64,000 nucleotides of DNA from the human T2T-CHM13v2.0 reference genome, Homo sapiens. The notes beneath the pieces are model-generated. The model saw nothing but the letters and a program-made list of their open reading frames with translations, searched no databases and had not been told where the DNA came from. Positions 39,752 through 52,404 of this stretch are shown in pieces; within the stretch, counting starts at the first letter, position 1, and every line of letters starts with the position of its first letter. A program made the translations under genes and the position numbers. The stretch lies in NCBI RefSeq assembly GCF_009914755.1, contig NC_060925.1. One strand, 5' to 3'.

Positions 39752-40435
39752 GCTTTTTTTCTTTTGAGACAGGTCTCATTCTGTCACCCAAGTTGGAGTG
39801 CAGTGGCACAATCATAGTTCACTGAAGCCTTGACCTCCCAGGCTCATAATTGCCTATTTTATTTTATCTTTTTTTTTTTTTAAACACAGTCTCACTCTGT
39901 TGCCCAGGCTGGAGTGCAGTGGTGCCATCTCTGCTCACTGTAACCTCCCCCTCCCAGGGTCAAGCAATTCTGTGCCTCAGCCTCCCTAGTAGCTGGGATT
40001 ACAGGCGCCCGCCACCACTCCCAGCTAAATTTTTTGTATTTTTAGTAGAGACGGAGTTTCAGCATCTTGGCCAGGCTGGTCTTGAACTCCTGACCTCGTG
40101 ATCCACCCACCTCGACCTACCAAAGTGTTGGGATTACAGGCGTGAGCCACTGCGCCTGGCCTATTTTATTTTTTAGAGACAGGGTTTTTGCTCTGTCACC
40201 CAGGCTGGAATACAGTGGTAAGATCATGGCTTACTACAGCCTTGAACTCTTGGGCTCAAGTGATCCTCGCACCTCAGTCTCCTGAGTAGCTGGGACCACA
40301 GGCATGCATAACCACACCCAGCTAATTGTTGTATTTTTTTGTAGAGGTGGAGTCTCACTATGTTGCTCAGGCTGGTCTTGAACTCCTGGGCTCAAGTGAT
40401 TCTCCTGTCTCAGCCTCCCAAATTGCTGGGATTAT
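39752..40435 (-). mobile_element. Composite AluJ (extra right-arm segment) containing a nested AluS
   Basis: AluJ right-arm piece 39752-39846, AluS 39866-40161, AluJ 40162-40435. Confidence 0.85.
39866..40161 (-). mobile_element. AluS (Sg/Sc-like) inserted in an Alu A-tail
   Basis: TGACCTCGTGATCC; TSD (GC)CTATTTTATTTT at 39852-39865 and 40159-40172. Confidence 0.9.
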
Positions 40436-41361
40436 AGTATTATTTGCTGGTTAACTTCCCACTTTTCAACCTCACTAGCTCACCAATTTATGCTTGTGCT
40501 GAAAAATGAGTTGAAGTCTCACAGGTTCAACTGCACTTGTTGAATAGTTATATCCTTGTTTGGGTTTCCAGAACAGGAATTTCTCAAGGCCAGACACTGA
40601 GTCTTACGAATCAATGAACTCTGTGCCTCGCTCACAGAGTGCCCTCCATTGGTGTTCTTGGTGGGTGATTGGGTGAATGGATGAATGGGTGGGACAGACG
40701 GACAAGTGAACTAACTCCAGAGCCAGCTGCAGAATCCCTTCTTACCTAGTGTCACGCCTGGTACCCTCTTGTTCTCTTGTTCTATATAACACACACACGA
40801 TGAAATGCAAAGTCAGACTTCTATGGGAATCTGGCACTTCTGACCTTGAAACCCTAACCAATGATGTTTTATAGTCTACCAAGGGAGATTCCTATCTGGG
40901 CAAAGAATACAATCCAGTGTTCTCCCAGCCCAGCATGAGCCAGTTGTCTATTACTTTGATGAAATGTCTAAATATGCTGTAAGGCTTTTATATAATGCGA
41001 CTTTCTTTTTCCAAGAGGAAGCAGATGACTTGCACAGAGGAGTTTTAAGAAAAGTGCTTACTGCAAAGAAAAAGTGATAATGTTTTCATTATACTATCAG
41101 GGCCACACACAAAAAAATTGTTCCCAATAACCAACTTCTGTTGAGGTTTCTGCTAGATGAGATAATCCAATTTCCAAGTGACTATAGTTATTCTCTCATT
41201 TGCAAATGCTAAATTTGGGGATAGATGTTGAATCAAGGGTTGAGGATCAATGCAAATACTTATAACATGCTTTGAAGCTACTGATCAATTAGCTCAGGCA
41301 ATAGCACTTGTTTTTTTCCTGTATAGCCTGATATCCCTCATCTTTGCAAATGAGCCATGGG

Positions 41362-41541
41362 GTGTGTGTGTGTGTGTGTGTATGTGTCTGTGTATGTGTG
41401 TGTATGCATGTATGTGTGTGTGAGTGTGTGTATATGTGTATGTGTGTATATGTATGTGTGTGTGTATTTGTGTGTGTGTGTGGGTGTGTGTATGTGTGTA
41501 TTTGTGTGTGTGTGTATGTGTGTATGTGTATGTGTGTATGT
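41362..41541. repeat. Compound (TG)n/(TA) microsatellite, about 180 bp
   Basis: Nearly uninterrupted purine-pyrimidine alternation. Confidence 0.95.
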
Positions 41542-41676
41542 TTTCAGTCCATTCTTACCTCCAAGGTTTCTTTCTTCCTTATGCATAGAAATTTTACAGT
41601 TCAAGATAAAGAGATTTACACTGGGATGATCAGCATCAGTCATCAAAATTCACTCTGTCATATCTTTCCATACTCC

Positions 41677-42090
41677 TGTATCAGTTAGGAATCTCTATTG
41701 GCTGCTAATAACAGACTGAAAAAAAATGTGCAATAAGTATATAGTGTGGAGGTAGATTGCATAGATTTGGCAGTTCCACAGTGTCATCAGGAACTCAAGT
41801 GCTTCGATCTCGCTCTTTTGGCATATGATTTCCATCCTCAAACCAGCCTCAGTCTCAAATATGGCTACAATAACTCCAGTCATTAAACCTGCTTTACAGA
41901 TAGGGAGCAAAAAAACAGAGGGAGGGGAAAGAAGAGAAAAAGATCATATTTCAACTATTTTTCCCTCTTTCAAGAGTCTTCCTGGAAGTCCCACTCAGCA
42001 ACATCCATTTATATTTCATTGGCCCAAATTTAGTCTATGGGAACTACATGCAAGGGAAGCTGGTTGTGGTGTCACCATGCATAACTGTAG
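41677..42090 (-). mobile_element. Old MLT1 (J/K/L-like) LTR
   Basis: TGTATCAGTTAGGAAT...GGCTGCTAATAACAGA...TATTTCATTGGCCCAAATTTAGTC...ACATGCAAGGGAAGCTGG. Confidence 0.6.
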
Positions 42091-42439
42091 CTCATTATTA
42101 AGGAAGCCTGGGAGAATAAATATTCCATCGAAACAACAGGCACGTGCCTCACCCCAGCTTTACTCTGCTTGCCCTGTTTCACCACCAAGACCCATCTAAG
42201 TTGTGACTTTAGATCTGTTTGGGTTTGAGTTCTTCCTTAAATCAGTGTTTTGTTTTTAATGTTTATTATTTATTCTCTGTATGGATTGGCCATTTGTGGC
42301 TAGTGATGCTCTTCAACCAGACAGACTGAGCAACTCCACCCAATGAGGCTGTAGTCTTAACTTAAACAGAAGTCTAATGCCTCCAGGGTCGCCTGCTGTT
42401 AATCTGCCAACACCATCAAAGATGCTAATGCAGAAAGAG

Positions 42440-42630
42440 GCAAACAACCTGTTAATTGAGCCTTTATTGTGCCTTGTTTAATCCTTCCAACCAACATCTC
42501 TATGAGGTTAATCCCCATTTTATAGGTGAGGAAACCAAAGATCAGAGAGATTAAGTAAGTTGTCCAAGATCACAGCTGACAGTGAAATTTAAGCCTTGAT
42601 ATGTTTTATTCTAGAGTTTTCCCTATTATC
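42440..42630 (-). mobile_element. MIR
   Basis: ATCCCCATTTTATAGGTGAGGAAACCAAAGATCAGAGAGATTAAGTAAGTTGTCCAAGATCACAGC. Confidence 0.8.
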
Positions 42631-42948
42631 CTGTATTTCAGCCATCTCTGAAAAATTGGAGCCCACAAGATGTGAGCTATGCCCAGAACTCACCAGCTCT
42701 AGCCTGGTTGGAGTCACTAATTTCAGAGGCTACTCTTGGCCCTTTGCCAATCTGCAAGATGGAAGCAGGAGGGGGAGTGGATAGTTTTCTGTCGTCTGGT
42801 TCTCAACCTTGGTGCTGTTCAACTTCTTTCCCATTGTGGCATATGTTAAAAGTGATAATCTTCATGCAGCCTGGGGGTAGCGGAGGCTGGCTGATCTGGG
42901 CTCCCTCCTGCCAGAGGCTGAAGGGTCCACATCTTGGCGGACTCCATG

Positions 42949-43039
42949 GTCTTTTTCTCTTGCTATCCCCTCTTCCAGGAAAACTAATGTCTTTTTCTCT
43001 TGCTATCCCCTCTTCCAGGAAAACTAATGTCTTTTTCTC
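42949..43039. repeat. Perfect 40-bp tandem duplication
   Basis: CTTTTTCTCTTGCTATCCCCTCTTCCAGGAAAACTAATGT at 42951-42990 and 42991-43030. Confidence 0.97.
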
Positions 43040-43044
43040 CCCCA

Positions 43045-43895
43045 AGGTCTAATCCAGGATCCCACACTGCATTTTCCTGTGATATCTCCTGTCTTCTCCA
43101 ATCTGTGACATCCTCAGTCTTTCCTAGTCTTTCATGACATTGACACTTTTCTTGAAGAGTATTGCTCAGGTATTTTTGTAGAATGTCTCTTACATTGGGT
43201 TTGTCTGATGTTTTCTCATGATTAGATTGAGATCATGCATTTTTGGCAGGAATGCCATGAAAGTGATGCACTCAGCTCATCGTGGCAGGCGTACATGAGG
43301 GCAATATGTCTTATTATGGTGATGTTGACCCTGAGCAGTGGGTTAAGGTGCTGCCTGCTGGTTTTCCCACTGTTAAGTCATTACTTTTTCCCTTTATAAT
43401 TAGTAAGTGTCTTAGGAGAGATACTTTGAGGCTATTCAAATATTCTATTTCCCTTCAAACTTCTGCCCACTAATATTAGCATCCATCTGTGGATCTTGCT
43501 TATGGTACTCTAAAGGTGATTTTATACGTTTTGCATTCCTTTTTAGTTGTAATTCTTCAGAAAGGAAGATTTGTCTTTTCTCTATTTTATTATATTGTTT
43601 ATTTATACAATTATTGATTCATAGATATTAATTTTACTCTATAAATTATAATCCAATGCTATGGTTATTTATTTTGCTGCATAAATTGTTCCCATTCTGG
43701 CCACTCTTTCAGGTAAGTTCCCATGCTTGTCCAAGATGCCATCAACCTTTTTGGGGTACTTCCTTACTTTCTGGTACCACCACAGTCTCCAGGCTCGTCT
43801 TGGATATTTCCTGTCTCAGTCCTTATCCAAAAAAGCCCTGGTTTCTTCTGTTGAAGAATATATTAGAAAATAAGACCTAGGTTCTATGTGGCATT
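43045..43895 (-). mobile_element. L1MC4-like 3' region
   Basis: TTTGTAGAATGTCTC...GTTTGTCTGATGTTTTCTCATGATTAGATT...TACTTCCTTACTTTCTGGTACCAC...CTCCAGGCTCGTCTTG. Confidence 0.8.
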
Positions 43896-44629
43896 ATTTA
43901 TCATTATAAGGTAATTTGGAATCAAAATAAATTTCAGTTTGAGGATGAAAAGTGTGGAGATTAGTGAGGGTACCCGATTGCCCAACATTACACAGCTCAG
44001 AACTGGCAGACAAAAAGCTCAAACCAGGGCAGATTCTGTACTCTTAACCTCTCCACTAGCGTAAATGCCTCATTTATTATAAATATGAATTACTACTTGG
44101 CAGAAAACGTGCAGATGTGCCAGATAAATGTGATTTCTGGTTGATGGAGTGTCCGATAAAGTAGACTTGTCTATAAAAACAAACTTGGCATCCGATAAAT
44201 ATTTTTAGATAGATTTTGTTGAAAGAATCATCATTATCCTCAGACATTTCTTGGTATCTATGAAATTTCTGTAGAGTTCAGTTGTACTTAATTCCTTTAT
44301 GGAACATGGTAGAACATATATAAAATAATAATGAATATAGAAATATGAAATAGAACAAAAATAACTGCAGGTTCACTTTCTGGATCCCCATGGCCTTTGG
44401 CTGGAAACTTGATGGTGGGGTTCACTCTCTCTTTGCCTGTTGCTTTAGTAAACCAAGGAACCAAGGCCTAGGGACATGAGCAACTTGCATTTGGCCAGTG
44501 GTGGGCAGAGTGGAGCTGGAATCAAGATTTCCTGGCTGGATCCCCAAACATTTTTGACCCTCATGATCTGACCAAGTAAATCTCAGGGCAGGACAACAGC
44601 ATCCCCAGAGACTAAGCCCAGATGGGCAG

Positions 44630-44720
44630 GGCCACACACCCTGTATCATCTAAGAGGCCCCATATCATCTAAGAGGCCACCTTGTGGCCCACGCCCGTGT
44701 ATCATCTAAGAGGCCCTGTC
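44630..44720. repeat. Irregular local repeat: three copies of TATCATCTAAGAGGCC
   Basis: Copies at 44644, 44663 and 44700. Confidence 0.9.
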
Positions 44721-45113
44721 CACACTGCTGGGAAGTAGTCCTGGCAACTTCACTCCCTTTCTGTGTTTAACTCTCAACACCAAACCCAACTCCTGCATCA
44801 AATGCAGTTAAGAATCCAAGACAAATATGCCTAAAGAGGGGAAAACCTGGTGGCTGGATGGAATGAGATTGACTGGGAGGAGGAGACTGGTTTCTAGTCC
44901 TGGCTGGAGTACTAGAGTTTTGCACTTAACCAGTTGTTTATGCCAGGCAAGATCTTTCATCTCTCTGAGCTCTACTTTCCTGGCTTAAAATGATACGGTT
45001 GGATTAGATGACCTCTAAGGCCCTATTCTGCTTTGAAATTTTTGGAAGCTTCAAATTCCTTTGCAGAATTTCCCTGAGAGGTCCTTGGACCAGTCAGTCT
45101 CACCGGTAGAGCT

Positions 45114-45133
45114 CTTGCGCCACCTAGTGGTGG
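45114..45133 (-). promoter_or_regulatory. Strong CTCF core motif, reverse orientation
   Basis: Minus strand CCACCACTAGGTGGCGCAAG; core CCACTAGGTGGCGC at 45117-45130. Confidence 0.7.
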
Positions 45134-48100
45134 ACTCAGAGGCCTTTTTCTCCCTTCTGCGTTCAGGTCCCGCCTCAACTGGAACAAGAGAACAAAGCCA
45201 TTTCAGCCCTTTGCAGGACTGTGGCAAACTGCCAGACCTGGGAGGAACACATGTTTAATACATGTCCTAGAAAGATATGCTGTGTGAACACACTGCCACT
45301 CCTTATGGCAAAGGCCTTAGTGCGGTGGGCATGTGGTTACAAAGCCAGGTTCCTGATGTCAAGAACACCCAGCAAGGTGCCCTGATAAATACCACCCAGA
45401 AGAGATGTGTTTGGGGTACTCTCTCTGTATGCTGATCTGTTACACACTGATCCTTAACGCTTTCAGCTGCTCCCTGGTTAACAGTCATTAGGCAGGCATG
45501 CAGCACTGTCATCCTGGGCCTCAGCCCTGCTGTCAGAACCCTCCTCCAGATACCTGAAGCAAAAAGAGGCAGGGGACCCCTTAGGTGTACTGCTGATTTG
45601 GAGAAATCCTTCATCCGACGGAAGGTCTTTCTAGGTTCCTCCCCTGACACTCCTATCTAAATAAAAACTACTTCTGAAGCCTGCATGACCCTTAGAGTTG
45701 GAATCATCTGAGCTGTGGAGCACTTACCCAACATATCCTGGGATTTGTCAAATGTTGCCGGTGATTCCAGAATTGCAGCTGACTACCTAATAGCAGACAT
45801 CATGTCACTCCGCTCATGGTGACTGCTGTTAATCTGGATCTGGAAGTTCCATGTCGTTTGCTTTTGGCTTCTATGTCCTGGCGAGGCAAGTACAGGCAGC
45901 ACTGTTGGTGCCCATTGTACGGGCAAGAAAACCAAGGTTTGAAAACAGGTTCGGTGACTCCCCACATAACCAAAGGGAGTGGTGGAGTTACAATAACATG
46001 AAGGAACTCTGACTCCCTTGTCCAATCACGCAGGGTTTAGTCATTTGTTTTTATGATCTCAATGAGGGGCCTTTGGCTCATAGTTCATTAATTTTCATCA
46101 CAAACACTATTGAAAACCATTAATTGCCTGTGCTTTAAATAGCAGTGTGGAGTTTTTTCCTTGCCTAGCAAGACAATGGGTGTCAGTGGGTAGAAGGAGC
46201 ACTGGGCTGGGGACCAAAAATCCTGGACTCTTGTTTGACAAGGTCACCACCAAACTGAGGGGCCTGGGAAGTCACAACCACTGAGGCCTCCCTCTCCCCA
46301 TCTAGGAAGCGAAGAGGGCAGGAGTAAGGTACCTTCCCTCCCAGAACTCCATATGTGAAAGAAAGGGCATTTCTGATTTAGGGTATGTTTCACTTTCTCT
46401 AACCTTGGATCTGTCCCAGTAAAATGATTAAGCGAGGATATCTGTCTTTGCCAAAGTATGACTTACCTGGTCAGTCCAGATTGTTCAGGTGGGCTTATTG
46501 CTTTCTTGATTTGTAACCTTTTGTTTTCCAGTGACCTGGACTGTTTTTGGTATAGAATTTCATTCCCAGGTGATAAATTCCTTTAGGGAAGTGATAGCAA
46601 ACAGGTTTAATCTTGAGGGCCCTTCAAATCAGTGAGCAGTGGCTGTCGGGAGCTCTGTGTTAATGTCTCTGAGGCCATGCTGTAAGGCGCCATGGGAACA
46701 TGATTGATTAGCCATGTCTGCTGTGGGCAGGGGCTGGGGAATGCAGAGGGGAAGGGCTGTATCTGGGATAGCACTGTGGAATTGGAGCAAGGGAAGCCAT
46801 GCCGAGTGAAAAGGCACAGAGCTGCTTAGAAGCAGAGCAGGGATAGGAATCCACACCTCCTCCCTTCCAATTCAGTGGCCTCCCACACAAGACTTCCTCT
46901 TTATTTGGTGTGATGGGCAATCAGGTGCTTAGAAGATACTTTCCGATGATGAGGATGAAACTGATGGTCTGGCAGCAGCTTTCTGCCTGCTCTCTCAGCA
47001 ATGTGTAAACCCACACATGTGTTTTTCCCTTTCTGAGACACAGAAAGGCTCAACCTTTGACAAGAGATTGTCCAGGAAACATCAGTAAACACACCAAATG
47101 CCTACATTCCCATTAAAACATGCCTATCTCCTTCTAGGCAGTTCCAAGCGAGACTTCTAAGAGGTCTGCCTTGCACAACTCACAGGCAGCAGCTGTGAGG
47201 AGGAGAGGTGCACCCCAGGCTGTGGGTGGGAGGACAGAGGGAATGGGGAGGCAGGAACAATGGACCAGCCTCCTTGGCCTCACAGGAGGCGTCTGAATGA
47301 ACGATGATGGCTCTTGGCCTTCCAAATGGCAAAGACACATTCCCAGAGAGGCCGGCTGTGGAGGGCTCCTGCCCAGATGGACTCGCTGTACTGTGAAGGA
47401 GCATTCTGTGTTCCCTAACTGGCAGCGGCTGCCCAGCCCATCAGCTTGCCTGACTGCACACCAAGGGCCCTGACGGCTTTCTCATGGGGCACCCCGGGGC
47501 TTCTGCCCCAAGCAGATGCTGGGCTTTATGTTCCCACAGAGAAGGCTTGCCCGTGGCGGTCCATCCATCTTCCTCTCCTTCATCTGAGAGGCAGTGTGGC
47601 CTGCCCTGAGGGTCTGCAGGGAGCGCTCTCACCAGGCCTGGGAGGATGCTGCCAGGGAGGAGAGTGCCCTGGAGCCTGAATGCCTCTTTTGTTTGCAATG
47701 AAATAAAATCTGCCCTTTTAAAAAGCATCCACGCTGCCAAAATCCCAGGTAAAGGGGGTGTGGTTGACTTGCTGCTAGGGAGGAATTCCTTAAGCTCTGC
47801 AGGCTATACACCCTCCACAGGAAAGGCCTGGGCCTGGCTGTTGATGATGATGGGATTTCTCCCCCAACACATGCACCTCCCTTGGCTGGCAGGCAACTCA
47901 GGAGTGAGGAATGACCAAAGCCAATTCCCAGAGCAGCGGAGGAGCACGGTTCACCTTCCAGTCAGTGCCTCAGGGCAAGCCCTTTCCATCCTCTCCATAG
48001 CGCCACCTCTCAGCGGGAGAAATGCTTGGTTCACACACAGGGTCCACCCTGCTCCCACCTGGCTCTTTGAGCTAACGAAGTATCACCCTTTACAGGTCCT

Positions 48101-48689
48101 GGTTCTGATGCACCAAGATGTCTGATAATAATAAAAAAAAAAAGCCCAGTAGTTACTCACACTCCAAGGTGCCTGGGCTTTCTTCTGGGAGGTTGCTCCC
48201 TTCTTTGCGGCCATCACCACACATTCCTCTAGTAAGGAAACCCCAAGAGGCCGGATGTCTGCAGCACATGAGCTGTGTGTATTCCCACACCATGATTATT
48301 GCCAAGAGGTTAGAAACTGAACATGATTTGGGTCCTGAGGGGCCTTAAATCACTGTCAAATGGGAATTTGCTATAAACCAGCTGAGACCAGGGACTAAGT
48401 TCCTGTCTCCAAGAACTCCACGAAGGACCCTGCAAGAGAAGAGAGCACATTCCATTGTTTAGACTAAGCTGAATCCCAACTACTCAAGGCATCCTGGCCT
48501 TTGGGATTGGATAAGGTAAGTTTTGTAAGGATTCCTGACCCAAGCTGTCATGTCAAGCTTCTTTACCCATCTGGCCATATTTCATGTTCGGATCCATCAC
48601 GCAGTTCTCTGCATTTTATTGACAATGCACAGGCCGTTTCCTGTGTGTAACTCCTTGCCACCCTCAGGAGGAAGGTCCTCAGACAAATA

Positions 48690-48920
48690 TATGAATGTTC
48701 ATTCATTCAACAAGCATTTATTCAGCATCTACTATATTCCTGGCCCAGTGCCAGGCTCAGCGTCTCCTGTGGATCCTCATGGGGCCTTCAGATATGAAAA
48801 GAAAAGTACAAAATGATGCAGGTGCTATGGTAGACTTAAGTATTAGGCTCCATGGGAGCACAGAGTAAGAATAAGTCATTTCCTAGATGGGCAGTGAGTT
48901 GAACTCAGGGTGAGGGGCCA
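48690..48920 (-). mobile_element. L2 3' end
   Basis: TTCATTCATTCAACAAGCATTTATTCAGCATCTACTATATTCCTGGCCCAGTGCCAGGC. Confidence 0.75.
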
Positions 48921-50312
48921 GCGAATCCTCCCAACACCTAACATCTGGAGTTGTTTTGGGGGGTAAAGTACACGCAGCTCTTATGTGTACTCTTGGATCT
49001 GCATGCCAGGCATTGTGTTGTCTGCCTGCCCATCTGGTTGGACCAGCATCTGGGGGGTGGGTCAAGTCATCCAAGCTCCAAGGAGATGGGTAGGACAAGA
49101 GATTGTCAGTATCTTACTTGTCCACAATGGGAGCTATATTTGTGCATGGGAGGGTATAACTGCCTGGACAGAGGCCACTCCTTCTGGGGCACAACCCTGC
49201 CCAGGAAACCCCAAATAGAGGTTTGCTTCAATAAGAGCTATGTTTATCTAGGAAACATTCCAAGTTGTGGAGAAAAAAAGGAGAATAAAAGAAAAAGAAG
49301 AAACCTTCCATCCACAGCTAGAGACCTGAATATTGCCCAGGAAGTCTTGCTAGGTTTGTCTAGTGAGACCAGAGACATGTGATTTTATGTGGGATGTGAT
49401 TTTACGTGGGATGGCTAAGGGAAAACGCTTTTACTGCACATTCACAGGCCTACCCCGCCACGTCATCATGACAATTGTGGTTCTCTCTGTGCCCAAATCC
49501 ATGATTCAGGTTTTATAGCTCTTAATAATTGCATCCTTTCATAAGACTTTTCCGCAGAGTTACTGCCAGAGTTACCTTTTATATATCACATATATTAACA
49601 TGGAAATGAGATGGCATTGCTGCCCAGGATTCCTACAGCATAGATACTAATTGACAGCCGAGGACCAAAGGCAGCTCAACTTGCATTGCTGATTTCACTG
49701 CTCATGGTAGATACAGAGAAACAAAATTCTAACTTGAATTACGGCAATTGCTGGGCCATGCTACAGGTCATAGAACATGTTTTCTTTCCTTTCTGCTATT
49801 TTTTATTTTATTTTATGTATTTTTATCTCTTGCTCAATTTCTCTGATCTGTGAGGGCTTTGGGAAGCCACACATGTGCCTACTGCAACCTCTGAAAGTAC
49901 TTGCAATAGCCAAGTCTTCCATTTTGGAGAAACTCCATGCCCTTCAGAAGGGCCTGTAATTCCATCTCCACTGGTGGCTCTCGGGTGCTTATGGTGCAGC
50001 TCAAATCAAACTCTATATTTTCTTCACCCTTGATCTTGATCTTAATGGAGTGTGTGAGACCAGGAGCTTTGGCAGGGCAGTGCCGGGGTGTTTAGCACTC
50101 ACTGGCCCTCAGTTACTCTGGCCTTCACCAGGCAGCAGCAGTAAAGAGGCAGCTGTTTGTCTGTGGAGCTGCCTTGTCTCCATCTACCAGGTGCCGTCCA
50201 TGGGGCTGTGACATGTGAGCACAGGCTGGTGCAGCTCCATGATGGCAGCCAGGTAGGGTCAGGAACAAATCTCACTTTTGCTTTTTCTTATAGAAAATCA
50301 TGAAATAAGCTA

Positions 50313-50672
<360 letters not shown>

Positions 50673-51215
50673 TTAAAAGCTGTAAACTATCCGCTGTCAC
50701 AGGTTAGTTTTAAGACCTACTTTTTGTCCTTGAGAAAGTGGCATTACCTAATAAGGAATCCTGGAGGGAGGGTGAAGAGGCAAAGTCTGGGAAGCACACA
50801 GGGTGGGGAGCGCCTGTGTGTAGTCACTTCAGGCTGTAACTTTCCTAACAAAGAAAACTGCTGAGCCATTTCAGACCCTCTCCAGCCCGATGCAGTGATT
50901 GCTTTGCCCTTCAGGGCTGTAGGGCTTATGGAGCACAGCTCAGCATCAAGTGACCAGGCCATCTTGGTCACTATGCTGGTGGCTCTGAAGCCCAAGGCTT
51001 TCCCAGATCTGCACGAGTTTCTGTAACTGATGAACAGTTTTACGCTGTGCCATTGTAAGGACTCACAATCTATACAGGAGGAAGACCATGTATTCACATG
51101 TGTTCAATAACTATTTACTTGGTACCTTCCCTAGGCCAGGCACTTGTGTTAGTCACCAAGGATTCAGTAGTGAACACAACACAGTTGCTATCATTATGGG
51201 GCTAATGTTCTAGGG

Positions 51216-51744
51216 CAGAGATCCCTGACCCCCGGGTCACGGACCACTGCTGGCCCATGGCCTGTTAGGAACCAGGCGGCATAGCAGGAGTGAGTGGTGG
51301 GTGAGTGAGCAAACTTCATCAGTATTTACAGCTGTTCCTCATTGCTCGTGGTACCACCTGAGCTCCACCTCCTGTCAGATCAGCTATGGCATTAGATTCT
51401 CATAGGAGCGCAAATCCTATTGTGAACTGTGCTTGCAAGTGATCTAGGTTGTGTACTCCTTATGAGAATCTAATGCCTGATGATCTGTCACTGTCTCCCA
51501 ACACCCCCAGAAGGAACCATCTAGTTGCAGGAAAAAAAACTCAGGGCTCCCACTGATTCTACATTATGGTGAGTTGTATAATTATTTCACTATATATTAC
51601 AATGTAATAATAATAGAACTAAAGTGCACAATAAGTGTAATTTGCTTGAATCATCCCCAAACATCCCTCCCCACCCCCACTGGGTCCATGGAAAAATTGT
51701 CTGCCACAAAACCAGTCACTGGTGCCAAAAAGAATGGACTGCTC
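51216..51744 (+). mobile_element. MER1A (hAT-Charlie) non-autonomous DNA transposon, inserted in a minus-strand L2
   Basis: About 530 bp; GGCCTGTTAGGAACC, internal hairpin GGCATTAGATTCTCATA...TATGAGAATCTAATGCC, TGGTGCCAAAAAG; 8-bp TSD TTCTAGGG/TTCTAGGC. Confidence 0.9.
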
Positions 51745-52206
51745 TTCTAGGCGAAGGAGATAGACAATAAACAAATAAACACAGTAATCTACAGCACAGC
51801 TTCCCATAGTGAAAGATGCCAAGAAACACGCAGAGTGGGGTAGAAGGATGGGAGCTGCTCTGGGTCAGGTGGTCAGGGGCAGTCTCCGGAGAGCCAACCT
51901 TTGAGCAGAGAGTCCTGACTTTAGAGGGTGCAAGCCTCGGGGTTGCCTAGGGCAGAGCATCTCAGAGGGAGCCGCGGGTCCAGTGCTTAGCAGAAGGAAG
52001 AATCTGACTGGGAGCACTGTGAACTCTAAAAAGCAGCTGCTATCTATTAAGAGCTTACTATGTATCAAGCACTTTGCACGCCTCTTATGCGCCATACAAA
52101 CATGGTCTCATTTAACTATTACAACAGTCCTGTGACATAGATCCAACTGTTCCCATTTTATAGCTGATGAAACAGAGGCTGAAAGATAACCTAGCCTGCC
52201 TCAGAG

Positions 52207-52404
52207 CAAGCTTGTCTAACCAGTGGCCCAGGACGGCTTTGAATGCAGCCCAACACAAATTCATAAACTTTAAGACATTATGAGATTTTTTTTTGCGATT
52301 TTTTTTTAGCTCATCAGCTATCATTAGTATATTTTATGTGTGGCCCTAAACAATTCTTCTTCTTCCAAAGTGGCCCAGGGAAGCCAAAACATTGGACACT
52401 CCTG
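52207..52404. mobile_element. MER30 hAT MITE inserted in a minus-strand MIR (about 52030-52480)
   Basis: CAAGCTTGTC...GGCTTTGAATGCAGCCCAACACAAATTC...GGCCCAGGGAAGCCAAAACATTGGACACTCCTG; degenerate 8-bp TSD CCTCAGAG/TCACAGAG. Confidence 0.85.

Noticed and set aside
41338-41688. Cys-Val and His-Thr repeat ORFs
   Set aside because: Translations of the (TG)n microsatellite
44640-44720. Direct repeats with spacers, superficially CRISPR-like
   Set aside because: Only three 16-bp copies with 3- and 21-bp gaps, in primate DNA with no cas genes
47646-48125. Longest non-repeat ORF (159 aa); likewise 27480-27917, 31799-32248 and 57703-58140
   Set aside because: No recognisable domain or exon structure; lengths are expected by chance in GC-richer non-coding DNA
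49377-49413. 17-bp tandem duplication (similar microduplications at about 3235-3268 and 5995-6023)
   Set aside because: Common slippage products with no further structure
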